Below the pieces are notes generated by a model. The model made no database searches. It saw only the letters and a list, made by a program, of their open reading frames with translations, and was not told the origin of the DNA. Below are positions 38,362 to 48,513 of a stretch of DNA of 64,000 nt, piece by piece. Positions within the stretch are counted from its first letter, which is position 1. Every line of letters begins with the position of its first letter. The position numbers and the translations under genes are program-made. Where the stretch lies: the NCBI RefSeq assembly GCF_046119375.1, contig NW_027362764.1:72912001-72976000 (forward strand), written 5' to 3'. The DNA comes from Phyllobates terribilis (taxonomy: Eukaryota).

Positions 38362-39133
38362 AAAACCCACCACCGCTTCCCGTAGAGATAGAAAGATCTG
38401 CCACCACTTCCTGTAAAGATAGAAAGTCCTGCTATCACTTACTGTAGAGATATAAAGACCCACCCCCACTTACTGTAGAGATAGGGAGACCCACCCCCAC
38501 TCACTGTAGAGATAGGAAGACCCATCACCACTTACTGTAGATATAGAAAGACCCGCCCCAATTTCCTGTAAAGATAGAAAGACCTGCCCCCACTTACTGT
38601 ATAAATAGAAAGACCCACCCCCACTTACTGTAGAGATAGAAAAACCTGCCCTCACTTACTGTAGAGCTATAAAGACTCATCCCCACTTACTGTAGAGATA
38701 GAAAGACCTGTCCTCACTTACTGTAGAGATATAAAGACCTGTCCCCACTTACTGTAGAGATATAAAGACCTGTCCCCACTTACTGTAGAGATAGAAAGAC
38801 CTGTCCCCACTTACTGTAGAGATAGAAAGATCTGTCCCCACTTACTGTAGAGATAGAAAGACCTGTCACCACTTACTGTAGAGATATGACTCACCCCCAC
38901 TTACTGTAGAGATAGAAAGACCTGTCCCCACTTTCTGTAGAGATAGAAAAACCTGTCCCCACTTACTGTAGAGATAGAAAGACCTGTCCCCACTTACTGT
39001 AGAGATAGAAAGACCTGTCCCCACTTACTGTAGAGATAGAAAAATCTGTCCCCACTTACTGTAGAGATATAAAGACTCACCCCCACTTACTGTAGAGATA
39101 GAAAGACAACCCCACTTACTGTAGAGATAGAAA
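38362..39133. repeat. 31-bp satellite (TAGAAAGACCTGTCCCCACTTACTGTAGAGA), segment 1
   Basis: Tandem 31-mers, most degenerate at the left edge. Confidence 0.95.
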
Positions 39134-40394
39134 TGTGGCGCCCCTGAGGGTTCAGTCACCACAGAGGTACTGCACCTCACCCAGAGGTGTGGTGTCTCCT
39201 TCTCTCAGGTAAGGAGGGAGTGCTGCCCGGAACCCCAACACCCACATTCAACACTACACTGCTCCAGGCCGGCTGGAAGGGCAAGATGCATTGTGTTTTC
39301 CTCCTTAGCCCTGTCCCTGGCTGGAGTGGGGGGAACCAAAGGTAGGGGGAACCAGTAGTGGGTGTGGGTGGAGGAAGCGGAGTAGGGGAGCACCATTGTA
39401 AGAGGTATATAAAGGGAAGCCATCTTAGGGTGGCAGTTCAGTCAGTCAGTGAAGAAGTGAGTGAGAACAGTCAGGGAGCAGAGTCTCTTTAGGAGCTCTG
39501 CTCCACAAGTGGGGCCTAGTGATAGAGGCCCAGGAGGGGAGCAGAGGAGAAAGGCTCCGTTCTATAGAAGGGATCCCAGGGGGTACGGCGAGTGCAGGAC
39601 GGCACCCGTACGCCACGAATCTGCCAGGTGTCAGAGGGATCAGGCCGCAAGAAGGGGACCGGCCCCTGGAACAGCCGTGTTACTCCAGGTCTCGGCTGGA
39701 AAAACCGGAGGCTTCTGACTTTTATAGGGCAGTTGCCACAGCCTCATCTTAGTCACCGTGAGGGTCAAGTAGGTCCGGGAACTCCAGGTTGCCCAGAGGG
39801 ACTTCAGAGCACCCGAGCGGGACTGTGAGTGGGGAAGCGCTGGGCAGGAGGGAGAAGACCCAGCGTGAAGTCGGTCAAGGAAAGCAACATAAGAAAGCGG
39901 GGTTCCGTCAAGTACTCCTGACACATCTGAGGAAGAGCTGAACCCCCGGTCTGGTGAACGCAGCGCGACGTGGGAGGCTGACACCCGTACAGTGCACCTG
40001 TGGAGCTTACATAAAAACTGTGAGTAAAAACTCGGATGACTGCACTGCACTGCCTCCGTCCATTATTTCAGCTGCGCCATCTCTCCCTCTGCACTACAAG
40101 CCCCAGCATCACCACCCACCATCAAACTCCACACTGCTCCCGGGGGCTCGCTCCACCTGTGGGGAGCCGAAACACCTCAGATGCCATCCCATCACCCCCC
40201 GGAGGTCTGCAGCAGCGCTGGTAAACCTTACCAGGTACCACAGGTGGCGTCACGAACTCTATAAATCCCCTATAAATAGAAAGCCGCTTTTTATTGACCG
40301 CCCTGGGCCTTGGACCGGGTCACCGCCACTGTGATATCACCCCCTGCATCTATCGGCCCGGCACCGAGTACCCCACGGCCCAGGGGTCGCATCA
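39134..40394 (+). mobile_element. Solo LTR A1 (family A)
   Basis: TGTGGCGCC...TCGCATCA; TSD GAAA at 39130-39133 and 40395-40398. Confidence 0.93.
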
Positions 40395-40955
40395 GAAAGA
40401 CCTGTCCCCACTTACTGTAGAGATAGAAAGACCTGTCCCCATTTATTGTAGCGATAGAAAGACCTGTCCCCACTTACTGTAGAGATAAAAAAAACCTGTC
40501 CCCACTTACTGTAGAGATAGAAAGACTCAACCCCACTTACTGTAGAGACAGAAAGACCTGTCCCCACTTACTGTAGAGATAGAAAGACCTGTCCCCACTT
40601 ACTGTAGAGATAGAAAGACCTGTCCCCACTTACTGTAGAGATAGAAAGACTCAACACCACTTACTGTAGAGATAGAAAGACCTGTCCCCACTTACTGTAG
40701 AGATAGAAAGACCTGTCCCCACTTACTGTAGAGATAGAAAGATCTGTCCCCACTTACTGTAGAGATAGAAAGACCTGTCCCCACTTACTGTAGAGACAGA
40801 AAGACTCATCCCCACTTACTGTAGAGATGGAAAGACTCAACCCCACTTACTGTAGAGATAGAAAGACCTGTCCCCACTTACTGTAGAGATAGAAAGACCT
40901 GTCCCCACTTACTGTAGAGATAGAAAGACAACCCCACTTACTGTAGAGATAGAAA
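40395..40955. repeat. 31-bp satellite, segment 2 (about 18 units)
   Basis: Tandem 31-mers between the two family-A LTRs. Confidence 0.95.
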
Positions 40956-42172
40956 TGTGGCGTCCCCGAGGGTTCAGTCACCACAGAGGTACTGCACCTC
41001 ACCCAGAGGTGTAGTGTCTCCTTCTCTCAGGTAAGGAGGGAGTGCTGCCGGGAACCCCAACACCCGCATTCAACACTACACTGCTCCAGGCCGGCTGGAA
41101 GGACAAGATGCATTGTGTTTTCCTGCTGAGCCCTGTCCCTGGCTGGAGTGGGGAGAACCAAAGGTAGGGGGAACCAGTAGTGGGTGTGGGTGGAGGAAGC
41201 GGAGTAGGGGAGCACCATTGTAGGAGGTATATAAAGGGAAGCCATCTTAGGGTGGCAGTTCAGTCAGTCAGTGAAGAAGTGAGTGAGAACAGTCAGGGAG
41301 CAGAGTCTCTTTAGGAGCTCTGCTCCACAAGTGGGGCCTAGTGATAGAGGCCCAGGAGGGGAGCAGAGGAGAAAGGCTCCGTTCTGTAGAAGGGATCCCA
41401 GGGGTACGGCGAGTGCAGGACGGCACCCGTACACCCCGAATCTGCCAGGTGTCAGAGGGATCAGGCCGCAAGAAGGGGACTGGCCCCTGGACCAGTCGTG
41501 TTGCTCCAGGTCTCAGCTGGAAAAACCGGAGGCTTCTGACTTTTATAGGGCAGTTGCCACAGCCTCATCTTAGTCACCGTGAGGGTCAAGTAGGTCCGGG
41601 AACTCCAGGTTGCCCAGAGGGACTTCAGAGCATCCGAGCGGGACTGTGAGTGGGGAAGCGCAGGGCAGGAGGGAGAAGACCCAGCGTGCAGTCGGTCAAG
41701 GAAAGGAACATAAGAAAGCGGGGTTCCGTCAAGTACTCCTGACACATCTGAGGAAGAGCTGAACCCCCGGTCTGGTGAACGCAGCGCGACTTGGGAGGCT
41801 GACTCCCGTACAGTGCACCTGTGGAGCTTACATAAGAACTGTGAGTAAAAACTCGGATGACTGCACTGCACTGCCTCCGTCCATTATTTCAGCTGCGTCA
41901 TCAAACTACACACTGCCACGGGGGCTCGCTCCACCTGTGGGAAGCCGAAACACCTCAGCTGCCATCCCATCACCCCCCGGAGGTCTGCAGCAGCGCTGGT
42001 AAACCTTACCAGGTACCACAGGTGGCGTCACGAACTCTATAAATCCCCTATAAATAGAAATCCGCTTTTTATTCACCGCCCTGGGTCACGGACCGGGTCA
42101 CTGCCACTGTGATATCACCCCCTGCATCTATCGGCCCGTCACCGAGTACCCCACGGCCCAGGGGTCGCGTCA
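40956..42172 (+). mobile_element. Solo LTR A2 (family A)
   Basis: About 4% divergent from A1 over the first 290 bp, plus a deletion of about 43 bp; flanked by GAAA at 40952-40955 and 42173-42176. Confidence 0.93.
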
Positions 42173-43460
42173 GAAATGTAGCGCCCCGAGGGTTCGGCCG
42201 CTACAGGGGTATTGCACCTCTGCCAGAGGTGTGGTATTCCACTCCCGGGTAAGGATGGAGTATGGATCAAGACTCAGCTGCATACAGCACACACACCCCA
42301 TTTCCGAGGGACAGCTCAACGGTGCTCCCACTAGACAGAAGTGCAGGCACGACCGACTATGTCCCTGTCTGGAGTGGGGAGGGAGGTGGAATACCCAGTG
42401 CTGTTGGGGCAGATAGGGGGTTGTTCCTGAGCGTAGGAAGGAGCCCATTGGTTGCTGGTCACCTGGGCTCATGGTCAGAGGGAAGTATAAAAGGTGGGCA
42501 CCATCTTAGATCTAGGTTCGTTCTGTCCAGGGAGGAGAAGACAGGGAGTAGAGGCTCTGTAGGAGCTCTACTCCAGGAGGGCCTAGTGAGAGGCCGAGGA
42601 GGAGGTGAAGGGGAGCTGTGGTGTCACCTCAGCCCAGCTCCACGAGAAGGGAGGAGAAGGAGGAACAGGAAAGAAGGGGGAGAGACAGAGAAACAGAAGG
42701 GCTCAGGAACAAGAAGGTGGAAGGGACCCTAAGAACCCATGAGAATCCAGGGTGCAGGGTCAGGCAGATTAAGGGAGCCGGATCCCAAGTTGGTGGAGGA
42801 GAAACTACCCTCAGCCAAAGACCGGACGTCGTGATCATTTATTGGTGCGACACCTCATCAAACCTACTAGGAAGGGACCATATAGGGCAGCGGAGGACGG
42901 GGCCCACATTTAACCGCACAAGTCCGCGGTAGCTGGACAAAAGTGGGTCACTGGTGAGGCAGGCCAGAGGAAGGATTGAAGGGGGTCCTGAGCCATACTC
43001 CTGAGCTGCCTGGGAGTTGACCGAGCCCCTCACCTGGTGGATGCAGCACGGCTCGGGCAGTCATTGCCAGCTGAAGTGACTTGGATATTAACCGTGAGTA
43101 AAGACCCTGGACTGCAGAACGTTGTCTGTGTGCTTTTTCGCTCCTCCGGCACTACCGGTACTGGGACTCTCACCACCATCACTCCCACCATCCACTACAC
43201 TGCCCTGGGGCCGCAGGCTTCCCGTGGGGAGTCACATAATCCCAGCTGCATACATCATCGGCCCCAGCGGTCTGCCCTGCAGCGGTGGTTCCTGATAACC
43301 GCAATCCACGGGTGGCGTAGTCGGACATCTCTTAAAACATCTAAAAGACTGCCACTGGTCTGACCACCCTGAGCCACGGGACCGGGTCGCCACTACTACC
43401 CCCATCGTCTCCCTATCGCCCGGTTCCGAGTGCCCCACGGCCCAGGGGGCGAGTCAGCTT

Positions 43461-43479
43461 TGGCGTAGTCGGCAGGATT
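43461..43479 (+). promoter_or_regulatory. PBS, tRNA-Ser(AGA/TGA type), of the CSD element
   Basis: TGGCGTAGTCGGCAGGATT after the same GCTT spacer as in Gypsy-1. Confidence 0.92.
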
Positions 43480-43574
43480 TTTACCAACCCGCCACAAACG
43501 GGTATTGCGCGCCTGAAAAGAGACTGTTATTTTGTTTTAAAGATGGCGCCCGCCCTAGAAGAACGAGCGCCATA

Positions 43575-45231
43575 ATGTGCGCGCCAAAAGACCACAAGAG
43601 GCCGCCTCCCATCGTGGGCCAGGTCCCAGAATGGCGCCAAAGAGGAAGCCCGCCCCCAACAACCATGAGCACGGCTGTGGAGATGTCCATCAAGGTGGGG
43701 GGGCTGCCCCTGAGAGTGATTGTCAGCAGAATGCCCCAGGACCACCCCTCATGGGGGCGGAAAGAGAAGAAAACTGCGGGGCAGGGGGTGGTCTGGATCA
43801 CTCTGGCCAGGCCGCACCCTGAGATGGAGAAAGGAGCCAGCTCCAACACCTTGGCAAGGGGCCTGCTGCAGGCCGCACCACCATGCAGCTTCACAGAGCT
43901 GCTAGCCCACCTCCCCAAGGGAGACCCCGAGTATGCGCGGGCGGCGCTGGAGGAGCTGGACCGGAGGATGGTCCGGGCGCAGCAGGACGTGATTGCCGGG
44001 TGGAAAGAAGAAATGGCTCGGCGGGCTGTGACCCTGCAGCAGGAGGCGCCGTCGACATCCAGCAGCACACCAGCCACCGAGGGCAGTGAAGACAGAGCGG
44101 AGGCTGAAGACGACACCGTGGAGGAGGCCGCGACAGCAGAGGCAGGTAACGGAGACGCCCCTACCCCGAACCCCGGGGCCGCCGACCTGCCCCTGCACCC
44201 TGTTGCGGAGCCCAACGTACCTGGACCCGCCGTCAACACCGTGCCTCCACCGCCACCAACCGGCCCCCAGGCCGTCGATGCTGCCAGTGAGCCCCGCCCC
44301 ACGCCGTGCCCTCTGACCCCGGGCGTGCTCAGCAGAACACCATCGCAGGCTCGGCCGCAAGGCCTAGCGCCCCCGGGCGCCGCTTCCCCGTCGGAACCCC
44401 CTGCTCCCGCTGTATCACCCCTGGGTGCAACTAGGAAACGACCACCGCGGGCCTGGTTGCAAGGCCGCGTACCCCCGGGCGCCGCCAACCCGCTCGCGCC
44501 CCCTGCCTCTGCAGTACCACCACTGGGCGCAGATCTTTTCGCCCAACATACCTGTCCGGATGGGCTTCCTTTTGTCTGGCCCCCCGAGTATGTTAACCCC
44601 CGCCTTCGGAGGAGCCCGCCCGCGGAGGTTGGAGTATCATCTGAGCCCCTCATACCTGCTCCGGCGCCTCAGGAAACCCCCCAGCTGCTGTTGGAGGACG
44701 CCCAGTTTGAATGGGACCCCACTGGGGAGGACCTGATGGGGTTCACACAGGAAACACGGGCGGACGCAGCCGAACGGCGGGAGGCCTGCCGCCAACAGCT
44801 AGAGATGTTTGAGAGGGAGCATCGAGAGCGGCGCGTGAAACAAGAGAAGCTGCAGGTCCAGAGCGCGGAGCAGGAGATGAAGACTCGGCAAGACCCCCGA
44901 GCTGCCCGCGGTCCCCGAGTCACCGGGACTGTTGTGAAGTTTCAGATGGAGCGCGGCTGAGGTTTCATCTGAGACCATCAGCGACACGTTCGTAACGAGG
45001 AGGGATGTAGAGAGCCACCTGCCGGAAGGTCATCGAGGGCAGGATCTCTATCCAGGGAATGTGGTATCTTACACCCGGCACCAAGGCGTGAAGGGATGGT
45101 ACGCCCTCCACGTCCACAGAGTAGTAAAGGAGGAGGAACAGCACTACTCGGACTCTGAGTACCAAGAGGACCCGGACGGGCCTGAAGACTATGAGGAGCA
45201 AGGAGCGGCTGGAGGGTATCGCTACCTGTAA
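43575..45231 (+). pseudogene. Coiled-coil and Pro/Ala-rich protein with a C-terminal Y-box-like cold-shock domain; this copy has a stop and a frameshift within the CSD
   Basis: The 461-aa ORF ends ...RVTGTVVKFQMERG* followed by GFI; a +1 shift at 44970 continues ETISDTFVTRRDVESHLPEGHRGQDLYPGNVVSYTRHQGVKGWYALHVHRV...YRYL* (stop at 45229-45231). This matches the CSD pattern GTVKWF...G(F/Y)GFI...DVFV...G..V.F...G.KG..A.NV. Confidence 0.8.
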
Positions 45232-47170
45232 ACAGTAGCATGCCAGTGTAAATAGTTACCCGTCAGGGTACAAAGGAACTGTTTGGGACTGTTTCAAATT
45301 GAGTGTGGTGCCCGTTGGGACTGATATAGGACTGTTTGACTGTTGCCCTATCCCCTAGGTAACCTGGCTGAGGACTGACAGCAGCCATCCCTCTTCCCTT
45401 TAACAGGCTGAGGACTGTGAGCAGTCATTCCCCCTTTTCAACCGGCCGAGGACTGGGAACGGCCAATCCCTTGTATATAGTTGCGCTTCCTAAAGCGTCC
45501 CCTACTTGTTTTATACAAAAACCGCAACGTCTACCTCAAGATTAACTGGACTGTTGCACCTTTACCTGGTAGCAAGTTGCACCGCGGCCATGATCCAAGA
45601 ATCCAAGAATGTGCTTTACTTAAAAATGTTTGACATGAGAAAGTTTTATATGCTGCTAGGTGATAATGCAAGAGTTTTATACGATGTTTTATACAAAAGA
45701 GTTCCGGAAGTATTGAAAATGTTTTTTATAATGCCTAGTGAAAAGAAAAGTGTGTCCCATAAAGGGAATTGAACAATGTCGTCCGTTTCTGATGTAAAAG
45801 GTTATTGAAAAAGTTTGCATGTCCTGTAATTAATTGTTTTTCCTCTTTTCCAGCCCGAGGACGTGCTGTGCTTTACCAGGGGGGAATGTAGCGCCCCGAG
45901 GGTTCGGCCGCTACAGGGGTATTGCACCTCTGCCAGAGGTGTGGTATTCCACTCCCGGGTAAGGATGGAGTATGGATCAAGACTCAGTTAGCTGCATACA
46001 GCACACACACCCCATTTCCGAGGGACAGCTCAACGGTGCTCCCACTAGACAGAAGTGCAGGCACGACCGACTATGTCCCTGTCTGGAGTGGGGAGGGGGG
46101 TGGAATACCCAGTGCTGTTGGGGCAGATAGGGGTTGGTTCCTGAGAGTAGGAAGGAGCCCATTGGTTGCTGGTCACCTGGGCTCATGGTCAGAGGGAGGT
46201 ATAAAAGGTGGGCACCATCTTAGATCTAGGTTCGTTCTGTCCAGGGAGGAGAAGACAGGGAGTAGAGGCTCTGTAGGAGCTCTACTCCAGGAGGGCCTAG
46301 TGAGAGGCCGAGGAGGAGGTGAAGGGGAGCTGTGGTGTCACCTCAGCCCAGCTCCACGAGAAGGGAGGAGAAGGAGGAACAGGAAAGAAGGAGGAGAGAC
46401 AGAGAAACAGAAGGGCTCAGGAACAAGAAGGTGGAAGGGACCCTAAGAACCCACGAGAATCCAGGGTGCAGGGTCAGGCAGATTAAGGGTGCCAGATCCC
46501 AAGTTGGTGGAGGAGAAACTACCCTCAGCCAAAGACCGGACGTCGTGATCATTTATTGGTGCAACACCTCATCAAACCTGCTAGGAAGGCACCATATAGG
46601 GCAGCGGAGGACGGGGCCCACGTTTAACCGCACAAGTCCGCGGTAGCTGGACAAAAGTGGGTCACTGGTGAGGCAGGCCAGAGGAAGGATTGAAGGGGGT
46701 CCTGAGCCATACTCCTGAGCTGCCTGGGAGTTGACCGAGCCCCTCACCTGGTGGATGCAGCACGGCTCGGGCAGTCATTGCCAGCTGAAGTGACTTGGAT
46801 ATTAACCGTGAGTAAAGACCCTGGACTGCAGTACGTTGTCTGTGTGCTTTTTTGCTCCTCCGGCACTACCGGTACTGGGACTCTCACCACCATCACTCCC
46901 ACCATCCACTACACTGCCCTGGGGCCGCACTTTTCCCGTGGGGAGTCACATCATCCCAGCTGCATACATCATCGGCCCAAGCGGTCTGCCCTGCAGCGGC
47001 GGTTCCTAATAACCGCAATCCAGGGGTGGCGTAGTCGGACATCTCTTAAAACATCTAAAAGACTGCCACTGGTCTGACCACCCTGAGCCACGGGACCGGG
47101 TCACCACTACTACCCCCATCATCTCCCTATCTCCCGGTTCCGAGTGCCCCACGGCCCAGGGGGCGAGTCA

Positions 47171-48513
47171 GAAAGACCTGTCCCCACTTACTGTAGAGAT
47201 AGAAAGACCTGTCCCCATTTATTGTAGCGATAGAAAGACCTGTCCCCACTTACTGTAGAGATTTAAAAAAAACTGTCCCCACTTACTGTAGAGATAAAAA
47301 AAACTGTCCCCACTTACTGTAGAGATAGAAAGACCTGTCCCCACTTACTGTAGAGATAGAAAGACCTGTCCCCATTTATTGTAGCGATAGAAAGACCTGT
47401 CCCCACTTACTGAAGAGATAAAAAAACCTGTCCCCACTTACTGTAGAAATAGAAAGACTCAACCCCACTTACTGTAGAGACAGAAAGACCTGTCCCTACT
47501 TACTGTAGAGATAGAAAGACCTGTCCCCACTTACTGTAGAGATAGAAAGACCTGTCCCCACTTACTGTAGAGATAGAAAGACCTGTCCCTACTTACTGTA
47601 GAGATAGAAAGACCTGTCCCGACTTACTGTAGAGATAGAAAGACTCAACCCCACTTACTGTAGAGATAGAAAGACCTGTCCCTTCTTACTGTAGAGATAG
47701 AAAGACCTGTCCCTACTTACTGTAGAAATAGAAAGACCTGTCCCCACTTACTGTAGAGATAGAAAGATCTGTCCCCACTTACTGTAGAGATAGAAAGACC
47801 TGTCCCCACTTACTGTAGAGATAGAAAGACTCACCCCCACTTACTGTAGAGATAGAAAGACTCAATCCCACTTACTGTAGAGATAGAAAGACCTGTCCCC
47901 ACTTACTGTAGAGATAGAAAGACTCACCCCCACTTACTGTAGAGATAGAAAGACTCAACCCCACTTACTGTAGATATAGAAAGACCTGTCCCTACTTACT
48001 GTAGAAATAGAAAGACCTGTCCCCACTTATTGTAGAGATAGAAAGATCTGTCCCCACTTACTGTAGAGATAGAAAGACCTGTCCCCACTTACTGTAGAGA
48101 TAGAAAGACTCACCCCCACTTACTGTAGAGATAGAAAGACTCAATCCCACTTACTGTAGAGATAGAAAGACCTGTCCCCACTTACTGTAGAGATAGAAAG
48201 ACTCACCCCCACTTACTGTAGAGATAGAAAGACTCAACCCCACTTACTGTAGAGATAGAAAGACCTGTCCCCACTTACTGTAGAGATAGAGAAACCTGTC
48301 CCCACTTACTGTAGAGATAGAAAGACGCAACCCCACTTACTGTAGAGATAGAAAGACCTGTCCCTACTTACTGTAGAGATAGAAAGATCTGTCCCCACTT
48401 ACTGTAGAGATAGAAAGACCTGTCCCCACTTACTGTAGAGATAGAAAAACCTGTCCCCACTTACTGTAGAGATAGAAAAATCAGTCCCCACTTATTGTAG
48501 AGATAGAAAGACC
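47171..48513. repeat. 31-bp satellite, segment 3 (about 43 units)
   Basis: Tandem 31-mers resuming at the GAAA TSD. Confidence 0.95.

Larger units (their letters stand above)
42177..47170 (+). mobile_element. Non-autonomous LTR retroelement carrying a cold-shock-domain ORF (CSD element)
   Basis: LTRs at 42177-43456 and 45887-47170 (roughly 2% divergent by eye); TSD GAAA at 42173-42176 and 47171-47174; PBS at 43461-43479; PPT AGGGGGGAA at 45878-45886; no gag, RT or integrase in the 2.4-kb interior. Confidence 0.95.

Noticed and set aside
39134-42172. Two independent site-specific insertions of family-A LTRs at the same satellite phase
   Set aside because: Shared rare satellite variants on both sides show that they are one insertion duplicated with its flanks.
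43481-44653. 390-aa antisense ORF in the CSD element
   Set aside because: A GC-rich shadow of the sense ORF, low complexity, with no domain motif.
38362-48513. CRISPR-like array (31-bp repeats; also the 16-bp array)
   Set aside because: The units are directly adjacent with no unique spacers, and the context is eukaryotic; these are satellites.
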